A model generated the notes under the pieces. It saw only the letters and a program-made list of their open reading frames with translations. It searched no databases and had not been told where the DNA came from. Below are positions 25,224 through 37,500 of a stretch of 64,000 nucleotides of DNA, one piece after another. The DNA lies in NCBI RefSeq assembly GCF_040938485.1, contig NW_027271994.1, forward strand, positions 62,001 through 126,000, written 5' to 3'. A program made the translations under genes and the position numbers. The stretch's first letter is position 1. The number at the start of each line of letters is the position of its first letter. Source of the DNA: Diadema antillarum. Its lineage: Eukaryota.

Positions 25224-26101
25224 TTTTCTCTTCATTTTGAAGGTTATTTATTTTTTGGGTGGATTTCCTCTTCAAACATACACCAGAAACTGAGTGTTTA
25301 ATCAGAGAGGTGTCAAAGAAGGAGTGGAATCTTTTCGCAATTTGTGCATATATATGCGTGGGTTCTATAGCACGAAAATTGAATACTTGGTATTTCACCA
25401 TAATACTATTCTCTGGCTTTGATGTTCCATGCTCCAAGCCGCTCTATATAGAGTTTGGATATGGAGACCAAAGATGATGTTCGTGATTTAAACAATTTTA
25501 AGCTGTACTATGTCAGAGGAAGTGTTGAAATCCTGTATGGAACTTGGTGGTAATCTTGTACCGAACAACCACAAGTTTTTCTTCAAATCTGCTTGTTAAT
25601 TTTTAACACCCCAAAGTGAGTTAAAGGAGTAACAGTATCTCATAGAAAAGTTAACTTTTAACCATATTGTGCACATTTGTGTAATATTGTTTGCCATAGT
25701 TAGCACTTGAATATTGCATCTTTCGAATTAAGTATTTGACTATTTCGTGCGTAGCTCTTCGTGTTTAGTAGCATTTTACATTCAAAGAAGTTTTGTACTA
25801 ATTTTCGTTGCGTGTCCTATATTCTTTGCACAAGACACTTAAAATAATTGCGGCCGGAAATATTGAAGGCGACAGTGAATTGCCACTGGCTAGGTATGTT
25901 GTATTTTAGGAATGATACTTACTTAAACAGAAGTGCTGTCTTTTGTCAAAGCAGTTTATAAACAATAAAGCACAAAACTTCTCGGCGGCACTGAGCATGG
26001 GTACGAAAGAATGATTCTTGTTTCCATACTCCTTTTCTGGCACCTCCCTGGTTTTACAAACCTCCCAAAAATAACTCTTGTATACTACAGTAAGTGACTG
26101 T

Positions 26102-26751
26102 TAAAGTGTGATCATTCTCTATATATGCTTATTCATACATGACCGACAGGATAATTTTGATGTTCACACAGAAGTTAGTCAATAAGTGCAGAAATTCTCC
26201 TGTCAAATTATTTTGCTCTAAACCTTTGTTGAAAAGTTACGCTATTATGATTACTAAAGGGAGGAGTTTGTTGTTGTTGTTGTTGTTGTTGTTGTGTAGA
26301 TGTAACCGAAAAATACCGATCAGTACCATCATACATCCTGTCCTCATGCAAAATTTGAATGATTGTAGCAGGGAAGTTTAAAGAGACCTCACTGGCTTTA
26401 TAGCCATTGTCGTGTGCATTCCAACTAACCAACAAATTTTCGCTTTTCTAGCATAATGAAAGAGTGCTTGACTTACCTCTTTCAGAAAACAGGGGGAATG
26501 ATATTACCCTTAACATATGCAGTAACTATACAGGCGATCTGGAACAACATTCTCCTTATGTCTTCTTTATATCGTTGTTCATAAAGACGTCATGAAGTGT
26601 AGTAATCTCCTTATCAAGCGAGGATGGCACCAAACTTACAAAAATTCATAACTTTTGAATGAATCGTCCAATTTTCCCTTCACTGATATGTTGAACTAAT
26701 ATTGTTGCTTTCACTCAAGTCACGTTTATATTCAGGTTTTGGTTTCCTTTA
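26102..26751. mobile_element. Diverged relative of MITE family A; left boundary approximate
   Basis: Shares the 'gagtgcttgactt.cctctt…aggggaat..tattacc' core and 'aaaattcataacttttgaa'; ends …TTCCTTTAA. Confidence 0.55.
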
Positions 26752-27700
26752 ACAAAAGTACACTGACAATTCTGCTTGAAATTTTGCCACTATCACTCCA
26801 TGCAGTACAAACAATTGCCCATTAATATACATAATGCCCTCAGGATCAGATATTTCTACCAGACAATCCAGATAAAGTTAACGCTGAAACATACGGCATT
26901 CTAAGCCACAGTTCAGCGATCTTTGACAGATTTCGAAAAAAAAAAAAAAAAATCTTACCAGCACATCTGCACCTAAAATAGTATACCGAGGCCAATTACT
27001 TGTCCACTACTAAAAAAAAATGCACAGAATATTGTACAGGATAAGAAAAACTTTTTGTTTGTCTGGTGTTTTTTTTTTTCTCTCTCTCTCTAAACACAAA
27101 TGCCAATGAAGCACATGTCATGGCAACGATTTCTGTGAAGTGAAAACCAATGGGGAAAAATTGTGTTAATGGGATTTATCGAACACAAGATTCTGTGAGC
27201 AACTTTTGTTCGTTTTTTATGTTGAATGTATCAGTGCCTGTACAAGTTCTGCTTCTATTCTATGTGGTTCATTGCATCAATGATACCACTGAATAGTTAA
27301 GCATCAGTCCATTGCACACATTATACATTCTGCATAGACCATCTAACCATTATCATGCATGCACGTGTGGTATTTGTGACTGGGTGCTTGTGAAGAGGCC
27401 GGCAATACATTGCTCTATGTATTTATGCATCAATTGTATTGAGTGATGTTTCCTAACAGAATGGCAACCCATTAAAGACTGCACATTTTAGGTGTTATAC
27501 AAAACATTTCCCATTTTTTTTTATCCTTAATAGTTTGAAAACTATACATCAGATAACACTGTCATTGATGGTGAGCAATAGCTGAATAGTGTACAATTTG
27601 GTTGGAGGTGATTTGAATATGAGAGTATGAATCAGTTTCATTAAATCCATGATTTATTTTAAAGGTAAGTTCCAGATTTTGGTCAAATTTGAACCCTCTG

Positions 27701-28111
27701 CAGGGGCGGCGCAGCCGTGGGGGCCGTGGGGGCTCGGGCCCCCACACTTTTTGTGCACCATACAAAGGAATACATAATGTGTCATCACTTTGGGCCCCCC
27801 ACACTTCTTTCAACCCGGAAGTACGTAAGAGGCACTACAATGGGAGGGGAGAGAATGAGCTGAGGACCTTTTTTTTTTTTTTTTGTCAGCTGATCATGAA
27901 GAAACCCGGAAGTGGACGGGTAGAGATGAGCTGAGGACCTTGTTTTTGTTTTGTTTTGTTTTGTTTGTCAGCTGAAGAAACCCGGAAGTGGACGGGGACG
28001 GGGAGAGATGAGCTGAGGACCTTTTTTTTTTTTTTTTTTTTTTTTTTGCTTGTTAGCTCATGAAACCCGGAAGTGGGCCCCCACACTTTTGAAAACAGTG
28101 CGCCGGCCCTG
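27701..28111. mobile_element. MITE with CAGGG…CCCTG termini, 5-bp flanking direct repeat and three internal tandem units
   Basis: CAGGGGCGGCGCA / TGCGCCGGCCCTG termini; CTCTG at 27696-27700 and 28112-28116; GAGATGAGCTGAGGACC-polyT-…-CCCGGAAGTGG units. Confidence 0.7.
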
Positions 28112-31100
28112 CTCTGTACAAAATTAAACTTTACTTAAGAACCAATGATGTGTATGTGAGTGTGTGCTTACAATGACCCTGAACAATAGACATGAATACA
28201 TGTACTACAAATACCACCTTTTCAGAGCTCTGCTGATTAGGCTTCAGGACTCTTGCTCCAACACACATGAATGCTTTATCAATAATTCATGATGGATTGC
28301 CCTGGGTACTGCTAGTCTGAATTCACGGTATAGGGTAAAATGCATGCACATGAAAAAGATAAGCACATGTTTTCATGTGCTTGCATACACTACAATATCA
28401 GGATAAATAGAGACTAGCTGTGACAGTGAAATTTCTCATGAATATGTAGTAAGAGCAGTCAAACCAAGGCCATTGTTCAGGACCAATGTCTGGCTGTAAC
28501 CACACACTTCCACACACACCAATTGACCCCTGTGCAAAATTAAAGTTTTGTACAGAGGGTTGAAAATAGAGCAAAATCTGAAACCTAACTTAAAAATAAA
28601 TATACAATTTAATGAAACTGATTTATGTGCTCATTTTCAAATCACTTCCATCAAAATTGTACACTATTCAGCTATTGCGCATATCTATGTCAGTGTTATT
28701 TGATATATAGTTTTTGAGCTGTTAAGGCTCGAAAGTGGGAAATGTTTTTTGTAACACCTAGTATGCCGTCCTCTTGTAGAGTCAGTAGGAATATTCAGGA
28801 TGAAATATACTTGTTGTGACACTACATGCATATGCTTATGAGTGTCACACACTATGTGTATCTATCATATAGCAAAAACAGAGTCGTCACCTCGCAGTAC
28901 CTTTAAAAAATTGCAAGAAGAACTGGAAGGGACACACATTATAATAGAACTCGAAAATGTACTGCCTTTTGGAGTAGATGCAATCTTCAAACGAATGCAG
29001 ACACAACAAATAGACACTTGCTCCAGTAGGTTTTCTTCTTTCAACGATTTCTTCATAGACTTTATTTTCGATGAACAAAATAGCTTTCTTGATGCAATGC
29101 ATTTGCAGTGTATTCATTCACAAAACATAATAAACTATACATTGACATAATTTTCAAATACATGTAGATATTCGTAACACACAAAAAAAGAAAACATTAC
29201 ACATTACTTTGTGCAAATCGTATTTGACCACATAAAATGTTCACATTCACTTCCATGACAAGAAAATTACCAACATTTTTTTTTTTCATGTTAATCCTAC
29301 CAAACATAAGTGGTGATAGGTACAGTAGAATAGACAATTATTTTACAGAAGCAATTATTTCACATTAAACAATGTTCCATGAGAACAGAATATAATACAA
29401 CTACAGATAAATAATCATGTCATCATTTCATTTCAATCATTTACCTTTTTTTCCCCCACAGGAAGTGTTTTTTAAGTAATCAGTACACCCTGTAAATTTA
29501 ATTTCAGTTCTTCTCATTCTTTCCTAAGCAAATAAGTCACCAAAACCACACGCCTGCCTCTCTTGTGGCAGAAAATCCAAAAGACAGGCACAGTCAGCAA
29601 ACGGCTTTCCTACATTTATAGGTATGAATTTATAGGTATGGACACCATGCATCATAGTGGGTTGAGATATTCATTGTGTGAAAAGATCAGCATGTGGAGG
29701 TTTGCTACGTGTCTTTGCAGTTATACTGCCCTCAGGGTTTACAAATCTCCAGTACCATTGTTTGTTTGTTGTTTTTCATTATCATTCTGCTTTCAAAGTT
29801 TGCCCTTGCTTGGCATATATATATATGATCTGCATACAGAGGACAAAATATAATATGGCATTACAAAGATAATATAGAAGTCTAAGCAATGCTGGTGTGT
29901 AAAATCATGGTAAAATCCAGGGAAACGTATCCCAGGTGTGTATACTACAATGTTAGAAGGTCAGAACCTTGGGCAATGTTCCTTCATTTTTGTAACATAC
30001 CACGCATATGCATCTACCAACATTGCAATGGTGCCTCCCTGGGTGTATAGCCTGAAATTTTTCATTTCAAGGACTCGACCTCGTTGCAGTATGCTGCCGA
30101 TGCAGAGATTAGAAAAGGAAATGCAGGAGAGGTCACAAGGCTAGACTTGAAGGCAAAATCTATTGTGACTTTAATACTACATTCACCGACCATTATCTGG
30201 CCTTAAGCGACTTAAAAGATCCATACAATAGTTTCCCAGACATTCTGTGTAGGCACTAATGGAAGCGAATAATCTATCAATACAACAACAATAACAAAAG
30301 AAACCAAAGAACAATACAACCATCATGGTCGCCGGAACCTCTCATTTTACCGCATTTCAAACAGTTCCTCGTTGTGAGCAAGTTTGTTATAAAGGGGTTT
30401 CCCTTAATTTACACTGATAATGATGCTTCTAATGATGACATGTCCACTTTGAGGTCAAGTGACTTATCTTCCACTTATATACTAAATGTCTTTGCAATAG
30501 CCTGTGTAGCATCTTGGCACTGTTTGACACAGCTTTTAAGACCTACCACGTAGTTAAGCAATATTTGACTGAAACAGCCTTAGTAAATTTCTTCAGCATT
30601 TTGATGATGTATTGATTACAAGAACCTCACATTCCCCTTCAGTTTTTGCAGAGAATGTACTAATAAAACAACCCACACGACCTATTAACATGTTGAATAC
30701 AAAATTTTGATGAGCAATACAAAAACCAAGAATTTATAATTATGCATTCATTTAGCCGACATTCTTTCCTTCTTGAAAAAAAAAGGAGAAAATAACACAA
30801 CACACCTTTAATATAAACCAATAGTTACTTACCAAATTCTACTTTGGTAGTACCACAAAGATTTCCATTATTCCAAATTACAAAATCATGTCTTCAAAAC
30901 TGTCACTCTCTTACTCATACTCTTATACTCTCTCAATTGGGACAATGATTTCTGTAAAACCAAGAACATTGCCTGAGTAGTACAAAAGAAGAATAAAACA
31001 GAATTGATGGAATGTGTCCACTTTCTGTGTCTTTACCAAATTAAAACCATATTGCATGACTGATGCTTGCATGAAATAATTTGACAGTGAAAAATCCTCT

Positions 31101-31552
31101 GATGCTTTGCTTTCAATGTTCCTTGTACAAATGTGGGCCATGCACTTTTAAGTGTCACAGAATGCCTAACATTGTACAAAACAAACATAATGTCAGCGGC
31201 ACCCCCTATAATGCAGGGCCCAGATTAATCACACACTTTGATGTTTGAGTTGATCAATTTCTTTTTCTTTCATCAATCAAATGATCCTAATGATTTTATA
31301 TAGCCACATTTCTGATGCCATTCTATTGTACTTGTTTGCAACACAAAATGTTAACCTCGTGTCATTTCTTTTGTCACTTTTCATGTAGGTAGGTTTAAGC
31401 ACACACATTATAATGGAACACTTGTGCCCAAATTTATACAAAAATATCCACAAAGGAATAGAAATGTGTATTCATGTTTCCAGGAGAAACGGAAAAAAAA
31501 AAAGTACCATGGTTGTGACCTCTAAACATTTCAGTCAACAATTCCAGGATCC

Positions 31553-34500
31553 TTAGAAGAGCCCATAAATTGTCTCGGTTTCTGAGTCGATGTCGATGTC
31601 GTAGAAGCACGGTCTTGTGGGAAGGCCGGGCATGGTGCTCATCTATTGAAGAAGATAAAATGGAAAAGTTTGATAGTAATACCAATGGCAAACATTCATA
31701 CAGAGTGACAGTGACTCCAGAAGTGCATTACTGTCAGCAGACAAGGATGGCCATACCCTTTCAGAAACTACATTTGTATTCTCATTTCAATTGATCATTT
31801 TGTTTTGCTTTTGTTTTTGCTTTTGTGTGTGCATGTGTGTGTTTTGCTATTTTTTTTTTATTGGTCATGAAGATAAGAGGTTGTAAATCAATTTGACAAA
31901 TTAGCAGGACAGTGCAAACTTTTCAGAACTACAGTATAAATGTGTCAAGCTTTTAAGTCGCGTCCACACAGCACTGACCATTGCCAGCGTGTGGCAATAT
32001 TGCAATGGTTTAAACCAATTGGTCACTCACTGTGCTGGCTTGGACAGTATTCAAAAAGTGACTGCCAGCAAGCTTTCAAGGACAATACTTGAAGTCAAAC
32101 AAGACACTAAACAAAACTCTCATGATCACACTTTCAGATAATGTGATACCATAGCAACTACTTCATGTTTCACTCACTGTCATATCTCATGCACGCGTTC
32201 TACCCAGTGCTGACATGACCTCCAGACAGTACAGAGACTACAAAGATATTCTGTTTGAAATTACCAATCCTCCTTCTCAGCCTCCTCTACTCTCACCATT
32301 TCTTCTTTTCCCTCCCATCTAAAATTTGTCTTATCTACTCCATCATTTCTTCTTCTGTTCTTTCCTCTTTCTCATATTGAAGCAAACCTTCAGTTTTTAA
32401 TCTAAACTATTTCTGTGCATGCTTTGACACGCATCCAATTTTACGGGGCCTAAGATATACAAGCTATGCTTTTGATTTAGGTCCCCCCACTTTTGTTCTA
32501 ATTTCTACATTGTTTTACCTTTTGTTGCTGAAGTATACATCTTGACTATTGCCTATGTCACATAAAACTAAATGTCACTGTATTGTAATAATCATTGTAA
32601 TTCATCAAATCTGTTTCTTTGTTATTGTGAACATGAAGGAGAAATAAATTCAAATCAATCAATCAATCATGCATGTACATTGCTACATCTTGTGAATTCT
32701 ATTGACAATGAGTCTGTGTGTCACTAAATGCAGCTATAGTTAGTTGATGCTGCCTTTTAATGCACTGAAGATTCAATGATTTTGATCCCCTGAATGTTTG
32801 GCACTTCTACAGGGGAGGGTAGGGCAAATGCTCTGGTAACCTATTGAATTGCCAATTTGGTAATTGCTCGACATAAAAATATTGCATTTGTTGTAAACAA
32901 CGAGACAATGTCTCTGTCATGGGAAATTGTTGTTGCTCTTGACTTTGTTACAAAAGGTTCTCCTTGCACAAGGAGTTTTCAAAAAAGTAACTCACTTACA
33001 AAGTGAATGGAAAATTATGCACTCTAGCTAACACAACAATCACAAAATGTAATCACTCTCAAATTGATATAATTTTGTCTATTTCCGATTCACAATAGGG
33101 CATAAAGAACATTCAATTTGTCTGCAAACGTTTTACCGAAGAGGTGTTGGTGAATTCCCTACTCAGTCAGGACCCACACAATGTCCCAATTTGAATACCC
33201 CAATACTGCAGGGATGACCGTATACAGGTAACTCCCGTTACAACGAAGTCCTCGGGACCAGCAGTGTTCTTTTGTGATGTCATAAGTTTGTTATAGCCAA
33301 ACTAATAAAAAATATTTATAAAGATATAGGAATAATAATTTTGGGACCTGAATTTTTACTTTGTTGTAACAAAATTGCGTTATAAGAGGAGCGCACTGTA
33401 GTAGCACATATATATCATGTGGTGCACAATGACTTACAGTGCCCACTAGTGGGTAGAGGAATCCCGCTCCCACGCTGGCCCGCACATCTCTGATCGGAAG
33501 CTTGAAGCCGCTGGGGGTGCCCTTCAGGCTGGGGTCGTGCGACAGGGACAGATGCGTCTTGGCCATGCAGATGGGCAGGTCGTTGAACCCCTGGCTGCGG
33601 TAGCGGTCAATCTTCTTCTGGGCCTCCTCGGACAGCTCAATGTCGTCGGCGCCATAGATCTTTTTGGCGATCGTGGCGATTTTCTCCTCAATGGGTCTCT
33701 GTGCACGAGTATTGCAATGATTCGCCTGATATCAAACTTCATGGAATACGAGATTCAAGAACATCTCCTGGTTTTGTGGAAAATGGTTTCTATGCTAACA
33801 TGACAGTATTGATCCATGGTTACTCCTCTGCATACATCAGGAGCCAAAAATACTAGATTCTCTCTAACTAGATTAGGCAACCACTTTCCACGCCATATTT
33901 ACAGGCATATTCTTGGAATCAGAACTTGCAAGACAATTGTGTGCATGCATGCTTAAGAACCACTGGGAAGGAATGTAGAATAAATTTTAGCCCTTTATCA
34001 AACAAAAAATCAAGCAAATTCCCACCCTGGAGTTGATACACATACACTGCATTTCTGTTACTTGAGCCAAAAGATTCTTGAGGTGTTAATTTTGCTGCGA
34101 ATTACTGAAGGTCACTAGAAAACTTGGCCTTTAGACGTTCTTTAGTGTTCCTTCAACATTATTGATACAATTTGTTTAGACAGGGCACAAAATAGCCGAC
34201 AGCAGTAAATACGTAGTTGACAAAGTGATAGCAAAAACAAAACAAAAACAACAGCGACAGCAAAAGGCCCCACCTACCTGTTTTCCAGAGACGTGTTATT
34301 CAAAGATACAATTTCTTTTTCTTTTCTCTCTCTCTCTTTTTTTTTTTGAGAGGGGAGCGCCAAGGTCAAGAGTCATGTTTTATATGTTGGTAATATTTTA
34401 TTGTGCATCCAAGCTGGATATCATGGCATGCATCATTCTATTTTGTTATATCCAATGTATTTTGGGATTGAGATATATGAAAATAGATTGAAATCAAATG

Positions 34501-37500
34501 AAATCAAATGAAATTATAATAGAAGTACAGACAAACGGGACTTACATCCAGCTCATAGAGGAAGTTGAATTCACTGGGCTGGTAGCACGCTCTCTCCACA
34601 GCCTTGGCCAGTTCCACTGCCCCAGCTCCGCCGAGGGCCCAGTGGTTGGACACCACGGCATCGTAGGCTCCACACTCCTTGGACAGATGCTGAAGAAGGG
34701 CCAACTCATTTGGCGTGTCTGAGCTGCGGTATACAGAGATATTAGATCACATAACATTTGAATTACCAAAGGCCAACTTCTAGTGTGCATTATGCACTTG
34801 AGTCTTGATCATCACGTGCACAAGTCTCAAATGTGGGTGAAAAAAAAAAAATCATGTTTATATTCATTCATTTCTTGACACATTTATATCACAATTTCAT
34901 GGTTCTTAATGAATAGATGTGTCCACGTAGATCAAGTTTTAATGAGTCGATTGTTTACACATGGATATTAAACATATATGGATAAAACAGCTTTAAAAAA
35001 CATGGGACTGAGAAAGATCTTCAACTGACTGGGGTACATTGTATGCTGCATTTCTCTCAAATAAAACAAGAAAGTAGACTGTCTACACAAACTATTCAAA
35101 AACACAATCAGACCAAATACTTCATAATCAGTTACCTATATCTGTTAGCTCTCAACTGACAGGAAAAGCTGACATCTCAAATTAAAGTAGAAAACGTGAA
35201 TTCCAGAGAATGGTGCACACAATCATTGTTTAAAGTGGTCCAGCTTCCATTTAAACTCAACTTATTGTACATTGTTGATGGCTTCCTTACTCCAGCAAAT
35301 TAAAGCATTATGAAACGAACAATCATTACTCATTAAAACCATTTAATACATTAAACCACATTTAAACATCTCCATCAAAGTTTTAAAAAGGTCAATTCTT
35401 ACGCAAACTGGTTGATGGCCACCACACACGGGACTCCAAAGTACTTTGTGTTTTCAATCTGTTTCCGGAGGTTGCAGAAACCTTTCTCCAGCAGCTCCAG
35501 GTTTTCTTGGCTGTACTCTGGAGCAAGCGGCCTTCCAGCAGTCACCTGCAGAAACCAAAAAATAAAAATATATATACATGGCGAATAATTTTTGTTACTT
35601 CTTAATTGGAGATTAAAGTGTGTGTGTGAGGAAGAGGGGGATGCATTAACATTGTCATAAACCTCATTTTATGTACTGAGTTTTAAGCATTTTTGTTTTC
35701 TTTTTCATACTTAAAACTGAAAGATTATTAGGTTGGGCAAATGCCTGCAGAATAACAAAAGCATTCATTTAAAAACTACATCTTTTTTATTATTAGCCAC
35801 TTTTCTGTTTGTAGGCATAGCCTACAATGTACTAGGCACTTTCCTCTCCACAGTAACTACACAAATATACAAAATGGGGAAAAAAAACAACAAACATAAC
35901 TTTACAAATGGCAAATACAGCTTGCATCATCTTGAAAAGTGAATTCCAATGGCACTGTTAATATAATCAGCAAGAGCATTGGCATCATCTTGACAAGTGA
36001 ATTCCAATGGCGCTGCTGATAGGACATTATTAGCAAGTGTATTCCATGACACTTAAAAATTCACATTGGGCAATTTTAGAATTTTAAAATTCAGAATTTC
36101 AAAAGCTTAGAAATTCAAATGGGAGGCAGCAATCAGGTGACAACAATGTGTCAACTCACGTTAGGTCCACCTCCGTGCATCTTCAGGGCTCTGACTGTGG
36201 CCACGATCACACACGCACTGGGTTTCAGGCCCGAGTAGCGGGTCTTGATGTCAAAGAACTTCTCCATGCCAATGTCAGATCCAAAGCCTGCCTCAGTAAC
36301 TGGAATTGAAAAAAGAATAAAACATGGGAGATTAAAAAGTGTGGTCACAGCATAGTCAACCTAACAGATGTTTACTTCCCACTTGTGAGATACACCTACA
36401 TAATCAGGAAGCCCAACTGTACTCAGGTTTAAGTGTTTGACTTCAACTCAAGTCAAGCATTTCATAGGTCAAAAAGCTTCTTTTACTTCGCCCAAGGAGG
36501 TATAAAGAGAATTGCATGGCTTATCATGAGGAAAAACAGGCTTTACCTCATAAATTAATACAATTAATTTTCTGATTGTTAGGCTATTTATGTTAGGGTG
36601 TGTGTGTGCCTGCGTGTGCATGTTAGCATAACATTGTATCAATTTGCTGAATACAAGATATTTTTGTAATTAACAAACAATATTTTAATAACATGACTCA
36701 TGATGACACATTAATGCAATTGTTCTTTTCAGAGACAGACATAAATATAAGGCTTTGCCTTCCTGCCTGTCACCTAACACTTTCCAATCAGTTTGTTTTT
36801 CGTGTATCTCATGAATGTTGTTGTAATTCTCATGCTTTCATATATGTCTTATTGTTTGTAATGCTGTCTGTTTTGGTTATTTGCTTTCATAGAAGTGTTA
36901 AATAAAACTCAACTCAACTCAACTCATCCAAGCATTGCAATCCAGCCACCAATTTTTACGACAACAAAATGTGAAAAAGCCTATGCACAATGGACCCTGC
37001 AAAGTGAACAACTGCTATAGCTCACTTGAGCATTTCAATTCAAGTGAGCTAAAAACTAGTTTAACCGCAATCACACCACTGATTGTGTTTGACTTCAATC
37101 TTTATTGAAGGAAGCAAAGACATCAATTTTTTTCAATGTTTCTTTAATTTTTTGGTTGCTGAACTTTGAACAAAGTGCATTCACAAATGATTTGCTAGTA
37201 TCTTCTATGCTTTAACAGCTTCAAAACTTTCAAGTGGCTGGGCGTAGTTGAAATTTTCTCGATAACTATTCTGTAAATCTTCAATCACACATCTTTTATC
37301 TTCAGTATTGACAACAAGTCTCAGTGGGTAAGAACTTGCAAAAGACTTTGAGGAATTGCCACTATCTAAAGGAATGATTCCTTTAAACCACGTAGCACCG
37401 CTAAATCTCATGAGACTTTCTTGTGTAGCGAGTACAAGGATGGCTCACCGACAAATCCATGCTCTCCCACCAACTTGAGCGCTATTTTGTCAGCCAAGAT

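Noticed and set aside
28842-29150. Overlapping 63-102 aa ORFs on both strands
   Set aside because: No recognisable domain or splice context; likely chance ORFs near the MTHFD1 3' region.
37205-37411. 68-aa ORF just after the MTHFD1 exon 15 donor as an alternative C-terminus
   Set aside because: It is in a different frame; exon 15 read-through hits TGA after 13 codons.
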